Source of the DNA: Podarcis melisellensis
Taxonomy: Eukaryota
NCBI GenBank assembly: GCA_964234715.1
Contig: OZ174284.1
Length of the DNA: 64,000 nucleotides
Reading direction: 5' to 3' (one strand)
Positions 1-12,700 of the stretch are shown one piece after another; the first letter of the stretch is position 1, and each line of letters opens with the position of its first letter. The notes under the pieces are model-generated. The model saw only the letters and a program-made list of their open reading frames with translations, ran no database searches and had not been told where the DNA came from. Both the position numbers and the translations under genes were made by a program.

Positions 1-136
1 GAGTGTGTGTGATTTAAAGAGGGGCTGCCTTTTCTCTCCCCATGACAGTTTTATGCTTGAAAAAGAAAATAGGTGGGAAACATGCCACAAAATTCAGCAC
101 AAAATAAACATTTAAAATCAACACTGCTGTTATTGC

Positions 137-142
137 TTTATT
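137..142 (-). promoter_or_regulatory. Candidate distal polyadenylation signal (AATAAA)
   Basis: AATAAA followed on the transcript by a GU/U-rich downstream element (GTGTTGATTTTAAATGTTTATTTTGTG). Confidence 0.5.
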
Positions 143-1357
143 AACGCAGACCAGTGGCTTATCTGAAGAGGTGGGGATTTCAGAACTCTTAGGGGATCCC
201 AGAGCATTAGACACACTGCTCAGTTCAGCTTCTTCACTCGCTAAGGAACATGTATTACTTTCCGAGATGTGATGTCATTGTCATTCCATCTCCATTTGGT
301 ATTTACTGCCTCATCAAATATAAAGAACAAAACAACTTTTTGACATACAGACCAGCAGTGCCCTTGCTTCTTACGTTACAGGGGGGCTACAATCATGGCT
401 CTTTAAAGGGCCTTGACCCTTGGCGCAAGCCCCAAAATTGCAGAAGGGGTCCACAGAGGTAGGTGTGGTCCACTCTATGCAGCAGAGGAAAGGTTTGCCC
501 AGCTCTGAAAGCAAGCTCTCCTCCCTATGCACCTCTCCCCCTCCACCCCGATGGCATGTGCCTTTCAGCGAAGAGAAACATGGTAGCAGGAAAGGGGATC
601 GTTTCCTACTGTTGTTTTCCCAAAGCCCTTTAAGTTGGCTGCCAACTTTTCCACCAGTACCTGTAGATGTGCCATGAAACAGTGCTTCGATCTGCAGCTG
701 TAAGCGAGAGAGAGATTCCATCTCCATGATGGGAAAAGCTTCACCTGCTGATTTCTGTGGATCATGCTTCTGCCAAAGGAGCCTTCCAGGTTGCTCCCAC
801 CCCTGGGTCAGTTGGCAACACTAAGTTGCATCGCTGAATGTCCTGCCCTAAAACTGAATAATAATAATAATATATCCTTTCCAGAAATCAGTCTTCCTAG
901 CAGAGGGCTTGGCTAGTGGTAGAAAAGCAAGACTGGATACAAAGGCACCCTGAAAGGGGGATTGAATCACTGGGAATGAGTTACATGATAGAGAAAGAAA
1001 CGGACCTCTCTGTTTTTTTGAGAACGATCCCTATGACTGAGCAGATTTCGTCTAACCAGCCACTATATCTAACCAGCAAAGGGCCACCACCCTGATGATC
1101 AATCCACCCTGTTTGCAAAGCACAGAAAAGGCAAGCAACAATCCTTTCAAACATTCACTGGTGAATAAATAACCCACTGTATTGCATATACACATACATT
1201 TACACACATGTACACAAACATACACACACTCACTCAAGGCCAAACTACATGTGACATTATACATGCAGTTTGGTGTTGTGTGTAACTTTTAAAGACCATA
1301 AATAGCTGATGTGGGGCCAAATCACGATGACTGACATTGCAGCACCTGGGGAAGCAG

Positions 1358-1503
1358 TTTAACTCTTTCCTCCTGCCCCCCTCAAGTTGCTATTTGGCAT
1401 CAGAGGGAAGTGCTCATTGGAGCCAGTGGGGGGCTTCCTTCCTGTGGCAAAAAGCAGCTTGAGTGGGGCTGTCAGGGTTATGAAACAAGGGGAAAGGGTT
1501 AAA
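1358..1503. repeat. Degenerate palindromic element (MITE-like hairpin) in the 3' UTR region
   Basis: Nested inverted arms: tttaactctttcc / ggaaagggttaaa and 1375-1410 / 1434-1469. Confidence 0.6.
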
Positions 1504-1891
1504 GCCGCCCTGCATGCATCGTGGTCCCAATCCATCCTGCTTCCTGCCTTTCAGCAGCAGCAGCTATTTAAAGTTTTTAAAAGATACATGCAATGCCAAC
1601 CACAGCTACTGTTTGGCCCTCTCCATCAACTTCTGCTGTCGTGGCCCAGAAAGGTGCAGACTGTTTTGAATTCTTATCTCATCTGACACAGTCCAAGAGC
1701 CACCACACTGAATTAGCATAGAAGGCCATAAAAAAGCATTAGGGAGGAACAAGGCTCACCTATCTTCCCTAGGATTATTCGGCGATAAATCCCCGTGTGT
1801 CAAAGTTATGAGTCCCAAACTGGAGACAACTAATGGCGCTTTACGCTTGAGGTTCGGCCTGCTCCTCTTACTCATTCTCTCACGTTTCATT

Positions 1892-1897
1892 TTTATT
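1892..1897 (-). promoter_or_regulatory. Candidate proximal polyadenylation signal (AATAAA)
   Basis: tttatt on the + strand, about 1.1 kb after the stop codon, preceded on the transcript by U-rich sequence. Confidence 0.45.
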
Positions 1898-2989
1898 CTT
1901 TCAATATATTTGTAAAAAATAACATACCTTTCTCTAGAGATGGTTTTTGCACCTTTGGGCTTCTAAAATAGACTCTTCAAAAGTACTGAGTGATAAAGAA
2001 AATAAACTCTACACCCCAAACCCCTTAACAGTACAGAGTAGTTCCCCCCCAAGCAGCTTTCTTTCTTAGATTTTTTTTTTTGCAAAAAGAAAAAAAAAGA
2101 TCAGTGAGAATCGGAGCATCCAGTAGTTGACCTGTGACGTCTCGTTGTCACACGCACCCCTTTAAAAAAAGCAAACCTGAATAGCCTCCAGTGCTCCATG
2201 GCCCCACAGTTGGTGCCGCAAGACCCTCAGAGTTCACATTTAAGAAATGGAGCCTTCATTGTCCTTGCCTGAGGAGCTCAGCTACACTGAGAGGGCACAA
2301 CCCCAGCTGAAGATTTAATGAGCATTTTCACATAGTCAGCTGTCCTTTGCTGCCCCGTCTCCCCCAAACAGCTGGACAATAGCTTTTGCACTATTACTAT
2401 TTCCCAAATAGAAACATAGAGCAATATGATTTTCCTCAAAAGAGATTCCCAAACCCTTAAAACACAGCTTGGTTGCTGATTTCAGTCTGAAACAATCCCT
2501 CCCCCCAAAGACCCTGCCCTTTTCACGCTTAGCACTTTTCTGGAAGTCCTAAGCTCTCTGTAAAAAAAATAAATAAATCATTCTCTATATCTGTACATAT
2601 ATATTTGTCTATGTAGAGGAGTAAACGGCTGCCCCCCAGGCTACTCCTTGGGCCAGAGGCTCTTCAGCCTCATCACCCAGAATTCTCTGGATTCCTATGC
2701 CCCACTGTCATCTTTGCAGAGGTGGTGGTCCCGTGCATGGGTAGGTGGGTGGGGGGGTCCACATATTGCTTTCGCTCTCTCGTGTCTCTGAGGTATGGTA
2801 CAAAAGTCTTTGTTTTCCACACATACACATACACACGCACACGCACGCACACACACACATATTTATATTTTGCGTGTCTGCTTGTTTCCTTCTCCACAGC
2901 TCCTGCGTTTGGAACTGTTTCGGAAATGGCAGCCAGCACACGCTCCCTTGTTCACACGACGCTCTTCCTCCCTGTCTTAGGGAGCTGCC

Positions 2990-3700
2990 TCATCTATTCC
3001 TCTTGCTGACTCCGCTCCCCAGCTGCAACTCGGAAGGAATTGGAGAGCTGTGGCCTGCAGTCTCAATCCTGTCTGAGCCCTCTGGTACGTTGCCCTCCCG
3101 CGGAGAGGGGCTGTTCTTGCAGAAGTCCGTCACCCACGAGGGCATGGATAAAAAACCCCTGGGGTCAACAGAGTAGAACTGCTTGCCGTCGGTTGCTGCA
3201 GAGCCCCGGGAGGAAGGGTTGGCATGGAGACTGCTGGTGCTGTTGCACTTCTTCACAAGCGCCAGACCTTGGGGCGGAGGGGGCGGCGAGAAGAGGGACG
3301 TCAGAGAGAGACTGCTGAGGGTCTCTGACTGCTCGCTGTTGTTGCCTCCGCCTCTCAGGCTGCTCCCTGCGCCCTCCTCGTCCGAAGGGTCCATGGAGTC
3401 ATGGTAAGTGCAGCCGGGGCTGGTGCTCCCGCCGCTGCTGTGGCTCCGCTGGTGCCGGCTGATGTTCCGGAGAGTGAAGATCCCACGGCCCCTCAAGCTC
3501 TGCCTGCGGGAGGCAGGGGAAAGAGGCGCCACCAAGGCTTTTTTGGTGGCTGTGGCTGGCACTGGGCACAGTGCAACTGGGAGGTCCAGGGTGCACTGGG
3601 GCGAGTCACTGAGGTTTAAGCTGTCCTCCAGTGTGGTCTGCAAGCTGCCTTCCGAACTGTTGCTCCTGCAGTCTTCCAGGGAGGTGTCGCTCTCTGTGGT
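2990..3700 (-). CDS. CACNA1I: CACNA1I terminal coding exon
   Basis: ctgcag|[10 protein letters not shown]...[11 protein letters not shown]...[15 protein letters not shown]...SKRNR, TGA at 2990-2992. Confidence 0.95.
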   Translation of the reverse strand, partial: TTESDTSLEDCRSNSSEGSLQTTLEDSLNLSDSPQCTLDLPVALCPVPATATKKALVAPLSPASRRQSLRGRGIFTLRNISRHQRSHSSGGSTSPGCTYHDSMDPSDEEGAGSSLRGGGNNSEQSETLSSLSLTSLFSPPPPPQGLALVKKCNSTSSLHANPSSRGSAATDGKQFYSVDPRGFLSMPSWVTDFCKNSPSPREGNVPEGSDRIETAGHSSPIPSELQLGSGVSKRNR

Positions 3701-6700
3701 CTGCAGGGTCAAGAATCAACAACAGAAACAAAGTGGTTGATGAGCAGTGATGCCTGCATTCCAGGGGGTTGGACTGGTGAACCCTCTGGGTTCCTTCCAA
3801 CTCTACTGTCCTATGATTTCTCAGTTGTCATGCTATTGGGTGAGGGAGAGACTGGGGCATCAGCTGCAACTGGGGCATCAGTGGGAAGGTTAACAGGCAG
3901 TTCAATGCTGCCTGCCCCCAATTCACGTCTCACCACCCTGAAGAAGGCACACTGGACACGGTTCCAGTTCTTAGCTGTCAATCAGCAGTATCTCCAGAAA
4001 ACAGCAATGTGCAGCACCATCACAAGGACCACTGTTGGCCAAACATTAGGTAAAGGTAAAGGGACCACTGACGATTAGGTCCAGTCATGGCCGACTCTGG
4101 GGTTGCGGCGCTCATCTCGCTTTACTGGCCGAGGGAGCCGGCGTACAGCTTCCAGGTCATGTGGCCAGCATGACTAAGCCGCTTCTGGCAAACCAGAGCA
4201 GTGCACGGAAATGCCGTTTACCTTCCCGCCAGAGCGGTACCTATTCATCTACTTGCACTTTGACGTGCTTTCGAACTGCTAGGTTGGCAGGAGCAGGGAC
4301 TGAACAACGGGAGCTCACCCCGTCGCAGGGATTCGAACCGCCAACCTTCTGATCAGCAAGTCCTAGGCTCTGTGGTTTAACCCACAGTGCCACCCATGTG
4401 GATCAGACCAAATGCCATTAATGTCAGCACCCTAATTAAGCTATGTTTAATTAGAGCAGACCCACTGAAATTAATGAATGTGACCAAGTTAGATCCATTA
4501 ATTACAATTGGTCTCCTCTGAGTAGAATGTAGTTGAGTGCCACCCACTGTCTCTAGCAGTGGACATCTACACGACAGGTGTTTTCTTGCTTGTTTCCAGA
4601 ACCTGAGAGAGGGACACTACTTCTGAACATGGATGTCTATGTCTTTTCAGTCCTGCCTAGAAGACATTTGATGAATCTGTCTCCAGTTAATTAGCCTTTC
4701 ATTTGAAAAAGCTATCAGAGATGGTGGCCAACATCACAAGTTGTGGTAATGAATGGTATTAATTTTGCGCTTTGTGAAGAGATATTTCATTTTGACTCTA
4801 GTGCCAATCAATATCATTAGATGCCCTGCAGTTCTATTATTATATAAGAGAGATACTTTTTTCTTTCCATGCTCTCTCTCAATTCTCCCCACACTGCTTT
4901 TAATTTTACACATCTCTTTCAGGCCATCCCCTTTTAATTATTGTTGTTTAGCTGGTCTGCCAACATGTCAATGCTATGTAAAAAGGGACTCTGGAGTGCT
5001 CTTGGCACATGTGTCCTTCATGTGCTCAAGACCAAAATTGTACATCCTCCAGCAATTGATTTCCATCTTAGAATGTGGGCTGCAACCAAGCGGCTGTAAA
5101 ATAGCAGGACCTGGAAGAGAGGAGCCATGTCTGGGAGCAGGTCTCTCTTCCCCCCTTCACACAACCCTTCATTCCATAGCATATGAAGTGACTCCAATGT
5201 ACATTAATTGTCCACAGCATTAGAATCAGGACAACAACAAGGCAGGTATGGGTTTAGTAGCAAAGTAAGGGAAGCACACATAATCTTGGGGGATTATTTA
5301 TGTCACTCAAGCACCCAGATAACTGGGGTCCATGTGGGGCATGGAAGTGATGCCAAGTGGGCACATCAATGTGCCCAATCGCTGCTGATCAAGAAAGACT
5401 CCTCCAGGCTAAAAAGAAAGGTACCCTGCCTCTCTCCAGGCCTCTTGCACATAGGGAATTTATACTCTCTGTGGGATTAGTTTACATCTGAGAGCCTGTA
5501 GGGGAATAGGCCCCTGGTTAAAACTATGTGAGATGTGGACATGTCCTCCCTTGATTGGTAATGGACACACACCTTGATGTTTCCCCAACAGTACCTATAA
5601 TAAAGGAGGAGGAGGACTCAGAAGATCCTGTATGGATATTCCTGCACCTTGTTTGCAAGGTGTGGATGTGAGGTGGTTCGATCTTGGTATAAATATAGGG
5701 GGAAATAGGGAAGAGCATAGATGCTGCTGGATCTAGCCTAGTTCTCACAGTGGCCAACCATATGCTCATGGGAAGTTCACAAGCAGAACCTGAGTGCAAG
5801 GGCACTCTCCCCACCTGTGGCTCCCAGCAACTTGCACTGAGAGCCTCTCATAGTGGTGGCTGAAAATTGCTATCATAGCTGGTAGCTGTTGATAGCTTTA
5901 TCCTTCACGACATTGCAAAATGGAAATTTTCCCTGATCGGGACAGGAGAGGACTATTATCCAGTCTGGGGCTGCAAAGTAAGGTTGGAATTCCACATTTC
6001 ACTTCTGTGTCCTCAAAGTCAGGACCAAGAGTCCAGTTTGCAGCGTTAAAGCTTTGGGCCTTGAGAATAGCCTGGAAAGTCACAATCTTAATGTATAAAT
6101 TAAGTAAACAAAAAACTCTTTTCCTTATCCACCTGCAGCTTTCCACTGCTCATCTTTCCCCCAGACTTGTTCTTCATTCACAGGTCTGGGCCATTGGAAG
6201 TTAGAGAGAAAAACACCTGAAATGAGGTGTGGCCAAGCTAGGGAAAAGCCTTTATACTAGGTTTATCTAATATTCAACCCCAATAATGTATATTTAGTTC
6301 TGAGGATCTCATCATTGCGTGGATACCTAGTTTTATTAACCCCCCCACCCCAAGATAAAGACAATTCACAATACAGTGTGGAATTGTGACTATATCACAG
6401 TCCTTGCGTCTGTGATGGAGCTGACACTAACTTCAAACATGAGCTCATTTTCCTTGAAGCTTTGCTCTGTGTCACTGATGAGATGCTAAAACAAGCAAAT
6501 GGAAGAAGCCTGTCTTTCAGCAAATTCCTATAGAACGAAGTTGTTTGTGCAGAACAACCCCCCCCCCCACACACTTCCAGGTCAGAGTGCAAAATCTAAA
6601 TGTGGCAGTCACCTCTTTTCCCACACAACATCTAACCCCCTCTACCTTAAGTCTATGAGAAGCTAAAATGTCTGGCAATGGACAGATGGAGGAATGGTGG

Positions 6701-9700
6701 TTGTAGGAGCCCTTACCTGGTGGATAAGTGAGCAGTGGACACCTGGAGATTGCAGGGACGCCCAGGAAGCTTGCAAAGAGATTTTTGGGAGGCTCTCTGG
6801 GCAGGAAGCTTTCTCCTGACTTGGTGGATTGGCAGAAACAGCTGGGACGAAAAACTCTGCTCGCAATGGTAACAGGGGATTGGATGCATCTGGAGAGAAG
6901 GGGGTGGGAGGACCTGACAGAGTCAAGGAGGAAAAAAATCAGCACTGTTCAAATCCGTTTCTACCCATGTCAGAAATCTGCAGGGTACATCCACATGTCA
7001 CTTCTTTAATGAGGAAACACAGGCAATCAAACTTGATTTTTCTTGTAATGCTTTCTTCCTCCTTGCCATCTATTCGCTCTTTCTTCCCGGGTAGCCAGTA
7101 CTGGAAGTACTCAGCCTGCACTTCACCCTCAGCCAGTACTTCCAGCAAGGACAGTAGCTAGCAGCCCTTTTGGATGGGTGAATATGTCACTTTCATTTTG
7201 TCTCATTTTTCCAATCTTTCCCAAAGTTCAGTTCTCTACATTTCTACATCAATTTGAGATTTTCTTTTTAAAAGTCCCGATGAAAATTCACGAGCTTCTT
7301 GTGTGAACTTCTAATACACACACTTTTATATACAATCTTTTGCAAGGCAATTCCCCCTAATATACTGCATTTTTCTATGTTTTTTTTAAACTAATATATG
7401 CATTTTTATGAACACTTTACCCTAGTGTATACATTTTTGCACACATTACTTGGTTGGAGGACTGTACTGCAGAATTTGGAGGAGCACAAATTTTGAAGGC
7501 TTGAGTTTCAGCTCATGCATGGTTTCTGAAAAGTGTGAATTCAATATGTTCACTTTTAAATGCAAACTGAATTGAATGCATTCTCTTATTCTAGCAGTAC
7601 CTCTGTTCCAGCCATGTTTCTTCTCCCATTGCCCAATCTTCCCTGAGTAATCCATCAAGGGCAGATCAGCCAACACCAAGAAAGAACAGAGCTGGTGATG
7701 TGAACAAGGCCTAATTCAGTACCCATTGGTGTGTCAGCATGAGAGACTGTGGCAATGGTCCAGGACTGATCTTTACTTACAGGTTGGGCTTTACTTTGAA
7801 ATCTTTTTGGCTTTAAAGGAGAGAGAAAGCCAGAGACAATTCTAGGATGACTAATCTCTGCTTTGCCATGAAGCTCACTGAGTGACCTTGGAAGAGTCAG
7901 TCTCTCTCACCCTAAACTACTGCATAGATCTGTTGGGAAAAACGTACTACGTATGGTGCCCTGAGGTCATTGGAGAAAGGGTGGAACATAGAAATGAAAC
8001 AATGAATTAAAAAACAAATAGTATTGCCAAGGCCAGGAGGCTGAATTTGCAAACTGAAGTTAAAAGATGTGCAGCTCACAGATGATGTTGGGAAGAAACA
8101 GTTTATACGCTTAGATTTATGCAGCCAATCTTGCGATATATTTTGTCCTTGGCAACTGATGAAGTGGATTACATTGGCATTTCCCCCCTTCGGAATGGAT
8201 GGAATGGGAAAGAGGATTGGGAAAATCAGTTAATTTATTTCCAAGTATGCAATTTGGAATTGATGAAACAGTCCATGCATTTGTAGTCAGCTTTCTGTAG
8301 CTGAGTACAATATGTATCTTAAAAAGTGGCCCTCGGAAGAACAAGGTATCTCTGCGTGGCACCATGGGATTGTCCAAAGGAGCACTAGGATATTGCCCAC
8401 CTGGGTTGCTCTCGTTCTTCAGCCAAGACTGGACTGGACTGAAAGAGATTTTCTCCACTTCACACAAGTAGCTTTCTGGAGTTGGAGAAGCTTCCATATT
8501 TGTTAAAGGGAAGAGACATTCCTCCAAACCCACAATCCCTGTGGAGTTAGGACTGTCTTCACCATCCTAGATAAAAGAAAGACGTTTGCCTTATAAAATT
8601 TCAAATTTATCCAAAAAATAGAAGAATAAAATCATCGTCAAATCCATTATTTGATCAATAAGAACATTTACAGCTTTATTCAAATACCTGCAGAATATGC
8701 CTGGGACACTAGAGCCTAGTTGCAAGAGGCATTAGCCACTGGGTTTGTGGGTAGCAAAAGGGATAATTATTTCCTACTTTCATCAAACAGTTCATCTCCC
8801 TACGCTACCCTGTCCTTGGGAATTTGCCTCCCCTTAACATCTCTAGTGCACTGACACTTATCCTACAATGATCACTAACTGGTAATCAATCAATCAATCA
8901 ATCAATCACATCCATATCCCATTACGATATGCGTCATCTGCATCCAGACAAGTTATAGCTAGCAGAAAAAGAAATGTATGAACATTTGCAATAACTTCTC
9001 TATACCTATTTCCTCTTAGAAACCCACACCACTTGCTCTAGTCACACAAACACAGCTTACTAGCTTCATTTTCTGTCACACATATACCACTCCCTTCTAT
9101 TGCTCTAGGTGCTCATATTCCAGACCCCAGGAAGACGCTTCAGTTTAAGGAAGGGTTGTATAAGTGCCTGTATACCTTAGTTATTATGAGAAGGTGGAGG
9201 GAGTGGAGGTCTCCCATCCAACTAAGTTTGTTGGCCATCACAGCCTCCTGCAAGTTTCCTAGCTTAATTACGTGTTGTATGAAGAAGTACTTTCTCTTAT
9301 CTGGCCTGAAGCCCAGTGATTGTTTCAAAAGGGAATATATATCCACACAAACTCTTGGAAAGTTTTACCTTGGCCTCCTCCTCCTTAGGGCTTGGCTGAT
9401 CGACACTGTTGTTGTCTCCATCGTCCCCAAGCAGGATGGAAGACTTATCAGAGTTGAGTGATAAGCCTTCCATTTCGGCCAGCTGAACCTGCAGTCAGAG
9501 GGGGTGGGGGAAAGCTATCACACATCACAGATAGATTCTATCGCTCAACCAGTCACATTGCTTTAAGAAATGGTTCGATGACAAGGAGGAAGACCACACA
9601 TGAGGTTTATGGAGTCCTAACCCAATTCTGCATACAATGAAATAAATTGTTTCTGGAGAGAAAAGAACAGAAAAAGAGAGAACAAAGTAGTCACTGGCAT

Positions 9701-12700
9701 TTCTCATGGACCATTTTAGCTGCAGTACATTCACTATCAACATCTTCTTGGGTTGGAATGCAGAGAGAAGGTGTTTTGTTCAGCCCTAACGATTTTGGCT
9801 CCGTGATTCTGGATGCAACTGATTCCATACCGGTGGAGGAAAGACAGGGGGATTCTCCAGACAGAGCCTATCCCAGAGACCAGTTGAGGAAAGGACACCC
9901 TTGTTTGAGGATAGAAGAACCTGTTCCAGTCAAACAGGATGATAATAGGGACGCCTTCATTCCAGCAACAGTAACCATGTTTCATGCAATCCATATCAAT
10001 ATCATGCAGCTGAGCAACTCCTCCAGCTATTTCCTTCTGGATTCCCTGCTTATTTTTCTTATTTTTCTTTTTCTAATTCCAGAATACTAAGATGGAACTA
10101 AAAAAAATCACCCTACTCTCTTTTCTCATTCTACCCCCTCTCCTGTTTTCCCACTTGTTGCTTTTATTTAACTTTATAAAGGAATCTTCCTTGTTTTCAA
10201 GTCTTTGCTCCTATGTCTTTAGCTCTTGTTTCTTTCCACCATAACTTTCCACCTTGACATCTTCTCCCCATCTTCTCCCATTTCATTCATTGAATTAGTT
10301 TTTCCTCGTTATTTTCCCTCTGATTCAGCCTACATAGCTCTATCTTCAAATTCAAAAGGCAGCACTGGCCTCTAGAGAACTTCTACTAATCTAGTATGGC
10401 ATTTGATCTTTTCTGGTTGCGTATCATCTCCGTGATCTTGACCTAGTTTGCAGGGCTCCTCGGGCAAGGTCTTTGCTATCCTGTGTTTGTGTAGAACTGC
10501 GTGTGCATGTTGTGTTTGTAAATAGTGACGAATGATGATATGGAGAGCTGATGGCTTTGGACAGGAAGTATAGCAGAATCAGTGGCAGTGCCATGTTAGG
10601 ACTCCTTCAGACCAATACCTCATTGGGAATGAATGGAAGATATGCCTGAAGTAGATTTCCAAAAAGGTAATCCACCATCATGATGTAATCCAGCAAACGG
10701 ACACAATGACGGCAATCTTCGTAGCACTAACACAACGGTACTTCCATGGAAGCTATCTACTGAACTACTCAGGTTAGAGCATTGTGGGCACAATCCAGTG
10801 CATCATCTTGTGTGCTTAAATCCTGCGGTGTCAGTGTGATTTATGCATTGCGTGCTGGATTGTGCCCAATGCTATGCAAAATGTAGTATAACCACCACCA
10901 ATGATCCAAACATTGAGAAAAGAAAAGAAAGGAAAGGAAAACCACAATTACACCACGTCAACACACAACACAACTATCTACACACAATATCTACACACAA
11001 AAAGGAAACACAGCCTTTGTTTGAACTGTTCATCTAATGAGTTTCATCAACTATCACACACATAACTGAAGTTCATATCAAAACACCCTCAACTCTGCAC
11101 CTCTGGGAACACTGATATATTACATCTGCAAAAGACTGTAAAAGTAACCCTTCCTGATTTGTGGCTTTCAAAAATACCCTGGGATTACAAATGCTAGAAC
11201 AGTTAATATTTGCTGTACTGCTGCTTTGCAAGAAGTGACAATCTTTTCCACTGAAATCCAGCACAAAAAGAAGCACCTAACAAATTCATAAAGAGGAAAA
11301 ACATTCTGCTCAGAGCTTCAATTCTCCATTATGTGTTGACAGATCATGTGATGCCAATTAAATACTCAATGAGTCTATGATTCTATGTGCCACCAGTACA
11401 AATTGCTAGATATATGCAAACCTCATAGAGACAGATAATGAAATTAGACTAATGTCATGAAAGGAGCAATGATGTTAGTATGGTGAGAAAATGTCTTACA
11501 TTTTAAAATTCTAGCCTAGACTACAGAATACTTACACATTATTTTAAAAAGAAAAGAGTTACTGCAACATCCCCATATGCTTTTCTATCTGTTTTTTTTA
11601 ATGGTGTGGGAATAAAAATATTGTTTCTATTTATTTACAGTGTGAGTTTCTGAAATACTTAAGTTCAATACTACAATTTATACACATTACAGTTGTTGGG
11701 AGGAATCTATTTAAAACTAGAGTTAGGATTTTCATGCTATACTCTCAAATGTTTATATGTTTTGAACAATAAAAATATCTTAGTGCTTTGAGAATTAAAA
11801 TATTAGTTTGATTTTAAGGTGGACAAACCCTGCAATAATTTCTGTTATTTCTCTCTCTGTATTATCTTTTATCGCCTAAAAAATGTATTGGACTAAAATG
11901 CGACATAATTTGATTATGATTCTATGAAAAGGAAACATCATAATTAAAATATTCTATTGTAAACAGGGCTTCTTAAAATAATAAAAATTAGGGTTTCATG
12001 CATCAATCCTACAAGATGCCCAGCCTTTTGACCACAGCAAATGAAAAATGCAATGGCCACCATCATCCATGTAGCTCATTTAGCTGGCAAAGTCTAGTGG
12101 TTTATGGAACATAAAGGGGAGATTTGGGCACAATCCATTCAGCCAGTCACTCTGAAACAAATGGAAGGGACACAAGAGTGCTACTTTGCTCTTATGGAGT
12201 TCTGAGTCATTTCAAATTTGTGTCTTGCCCAGGAGAGCTTCCCAGTCTATTTTGCCCTTGATCAGGAGGATCCCATTCAACTTTGCTTAGAGCCATTCCT
12301 GACATCACACTTTTATAATGTTTTGAAAATGCTTGCAGGGGAATGGCTGGAACGATATGCATCTCTAATGTGGAAGTGGTCAGACGCAGGTTTAAAATTT
12401 ATGAATGGCCAAGCAGGTCCCAGGAATATTGCCAGGTATTTCTCAGATTTACATCTGTTTCCAGAGCGTAAAACATCACTTTCCTGGAAATTTTCAGGCC
12501 GCTTTCCTTTATGCATAGTTGAAATACATCTAAGGAATGGGTTGTGCATTTGTGGAAGCAATCCACAGACTTCCCTAGTTCAGTTACAGTGGTACCTTGG
12601 GTTGCATACGCTTCAGGTTACATACGCTTCAGGTTACAGACTCCGCTAACCCAGAAATAGTACCTCGGGTTAAGAACTTTGCTTCAGGATGAGAACAGAA

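Noticed and set aside
2673-3740. Multiple plus-strand ORFs over the last exon and UTR
   Set aside because: Antisense shadows of GC-rich coding sequence and CA repeats
9647-10090. 147-aa plus-strand ORF
   Set aside because: Non-ATG start, no recognisable domain, antisense within an intron
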